Source of the DNA: Pseudovirgaria hyperparasitica
Taxonomy: Eukaryota
Reading direction: 5' to 3' (one strand)
DNA length: 64,000 nt
NCBI GenBank assembly: GCA_010093815.1
Contig: ML996567.1
Shown here: positions 63,297-64,000 of the stretch, piece after piece
How positions within the stretch are numbered: the first letter of the stretch is position 1
Layout: each line of letters begins with the position of its first letter
Made by a program: the position numbers and the translations under genes
Notes under the pieces: generated by a model
What the model was told of the DNA's origin: nothing
Databases searched by the model: none
The model's input: only the letters and a program-made list of their open reading frames with translations

Positions 63297-64000
63297 TTAC
63301 CTTGTATACCATCCGTTCGTTGCCATGTACTTCAAATCCAACACACTTGAGCTTACGTTCTGAACATTTGGGACCCCCAGATTGCCCGCATCGTTCAAAA
63401 CCTCATTGCGAAGAGTCTGCATCGCCTTCCTAACGCCATCCACACCATAGCAATTGGCATACATAAACGGCCTCCCAATGCCCACCGCGCGGACTCCCAA
63501 GGCCAACATCTTCAACACATCCGTCCCGTACCGTACGCCACCATCGGCATACACCTCGATCTGCTTGAAGATCTCAGGCGCTTCATTGTAAATCTCCAAC
63601 GCGACCTCGAATGGGCTGGGGCTGAAATCAAGCTGACGCCCGCCGTGGTTAGACAGATAAATTGCAGGCGCCCCGTTCTCGACAGCGAGTTTGGCATCCT
63701 CGACACTCTGGATGCCCTTGGGCACCACGGGCAGGCTGGTCATGTTTGCAATCTTGCGGTAACGGGCCCAGGTAAAGAGGGTTAGACTATCGTCTGCGCT
63801 GCCAACTTGGTAGCGATTTGCACGCGTACGCACGCCGTTGGCAGCAGAGTCAACGGTCAGGAATATAGCTTTCTGGCCTGCAGCCGCGATCCGGTCGAGG
63901 CGCTGCTGGACGACAGTGTCGTTGTTGTCCACGTATAGCTGCTGGAAGCTGTGGAAGGTGGAATTCGATCCGTTAGTCTTCGCGGCTATGATTTCGTCCA
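63297..64000 (-). CDS. FMN-dependent alpha-hydroxy acid dehydrogenase/oxidase (3' part; start is beyond the window)
   Basis: FQQLY, FLTVD, PKGIQSVEDA, SNHGGRQLD, DGGVRYGTDVLK.LALG..AVGIGRP. Confidence 0.92.
   Translation of the reverse strand, partial: DEIIAAKTNGSNSTFHSFQQLYVDNNDTVVQQRLDRIAAAGQKAIFLTVDSAANGVRTRANRYQVGSADDSLTLFTWARYRKIANMTSLPVVPKGIQSVEDAKLAVENGAPAIYLSNHGGRQLDFSPSPFEVALEIYNEAPEIFKQIEVYADGGVRYGTDVLKMLALGVRAVGIGRPFMYANCYGVDGVRKAMQTLRNEVLNDAGNLGVPNVQNVSSSVLDLKYMATNGWYTR

Overview
Fungal (filamentous ascomycete-type) genomic DNA with a two-compartment layout. Two AT-rich blocks (1-21433 and about 44610-53700) consist of LTR retrotransposons mutated by RIP (CpA/TpG to TpA changes, CpG retained). 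They alternate with GC-balanced blocks of intron-containing genes. Block 1 is nested: an old Ty1/copia element is interrupted by a Ty3/gypsy of family A (partial, 1-4627), a complete 12.8-kb Ty3/gypsy of family B (5783-18600, TSD TCTCC) and a solo LTR (20372-20511, TSD AGATC). Block 2 is a complete 8.1-kb family A copy (44999-53081, TSD ATAAG) inserted into a RIP-mutated ~504-bp tandem duplication. Both gypsy families carry extra coding capacity that the ORF track misses because of RIP stops. Family B has a relic single-frame ORF of about 1,680 codons starting right after the pol stop (TAAGATG) and running almost to the PPT. Family A has an apparently spliced antisense gene with a probable Cys-rich motif between pol and its 3' LTR. 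Host genes: salicylate hydroxylase-like monooxygenase, pyroglutamyl peptidase I, atypical kinase, MFS transporter, two GPI-type wall proteins, F-box-like protein, AMSH/Sst2, Mtf1-like, bL31m, flavin reductase-like, CE12 esterase, eIF3k, PDCD2/Tsr4, CFEM repeat protein, a small secreted protein and a partial FMN alpha-hydroxy acid dehydrogenase. Also present are a MITE-like TIR element and a degenerate 54-bp tandem array. All calls were made by eye; no database searches were run.
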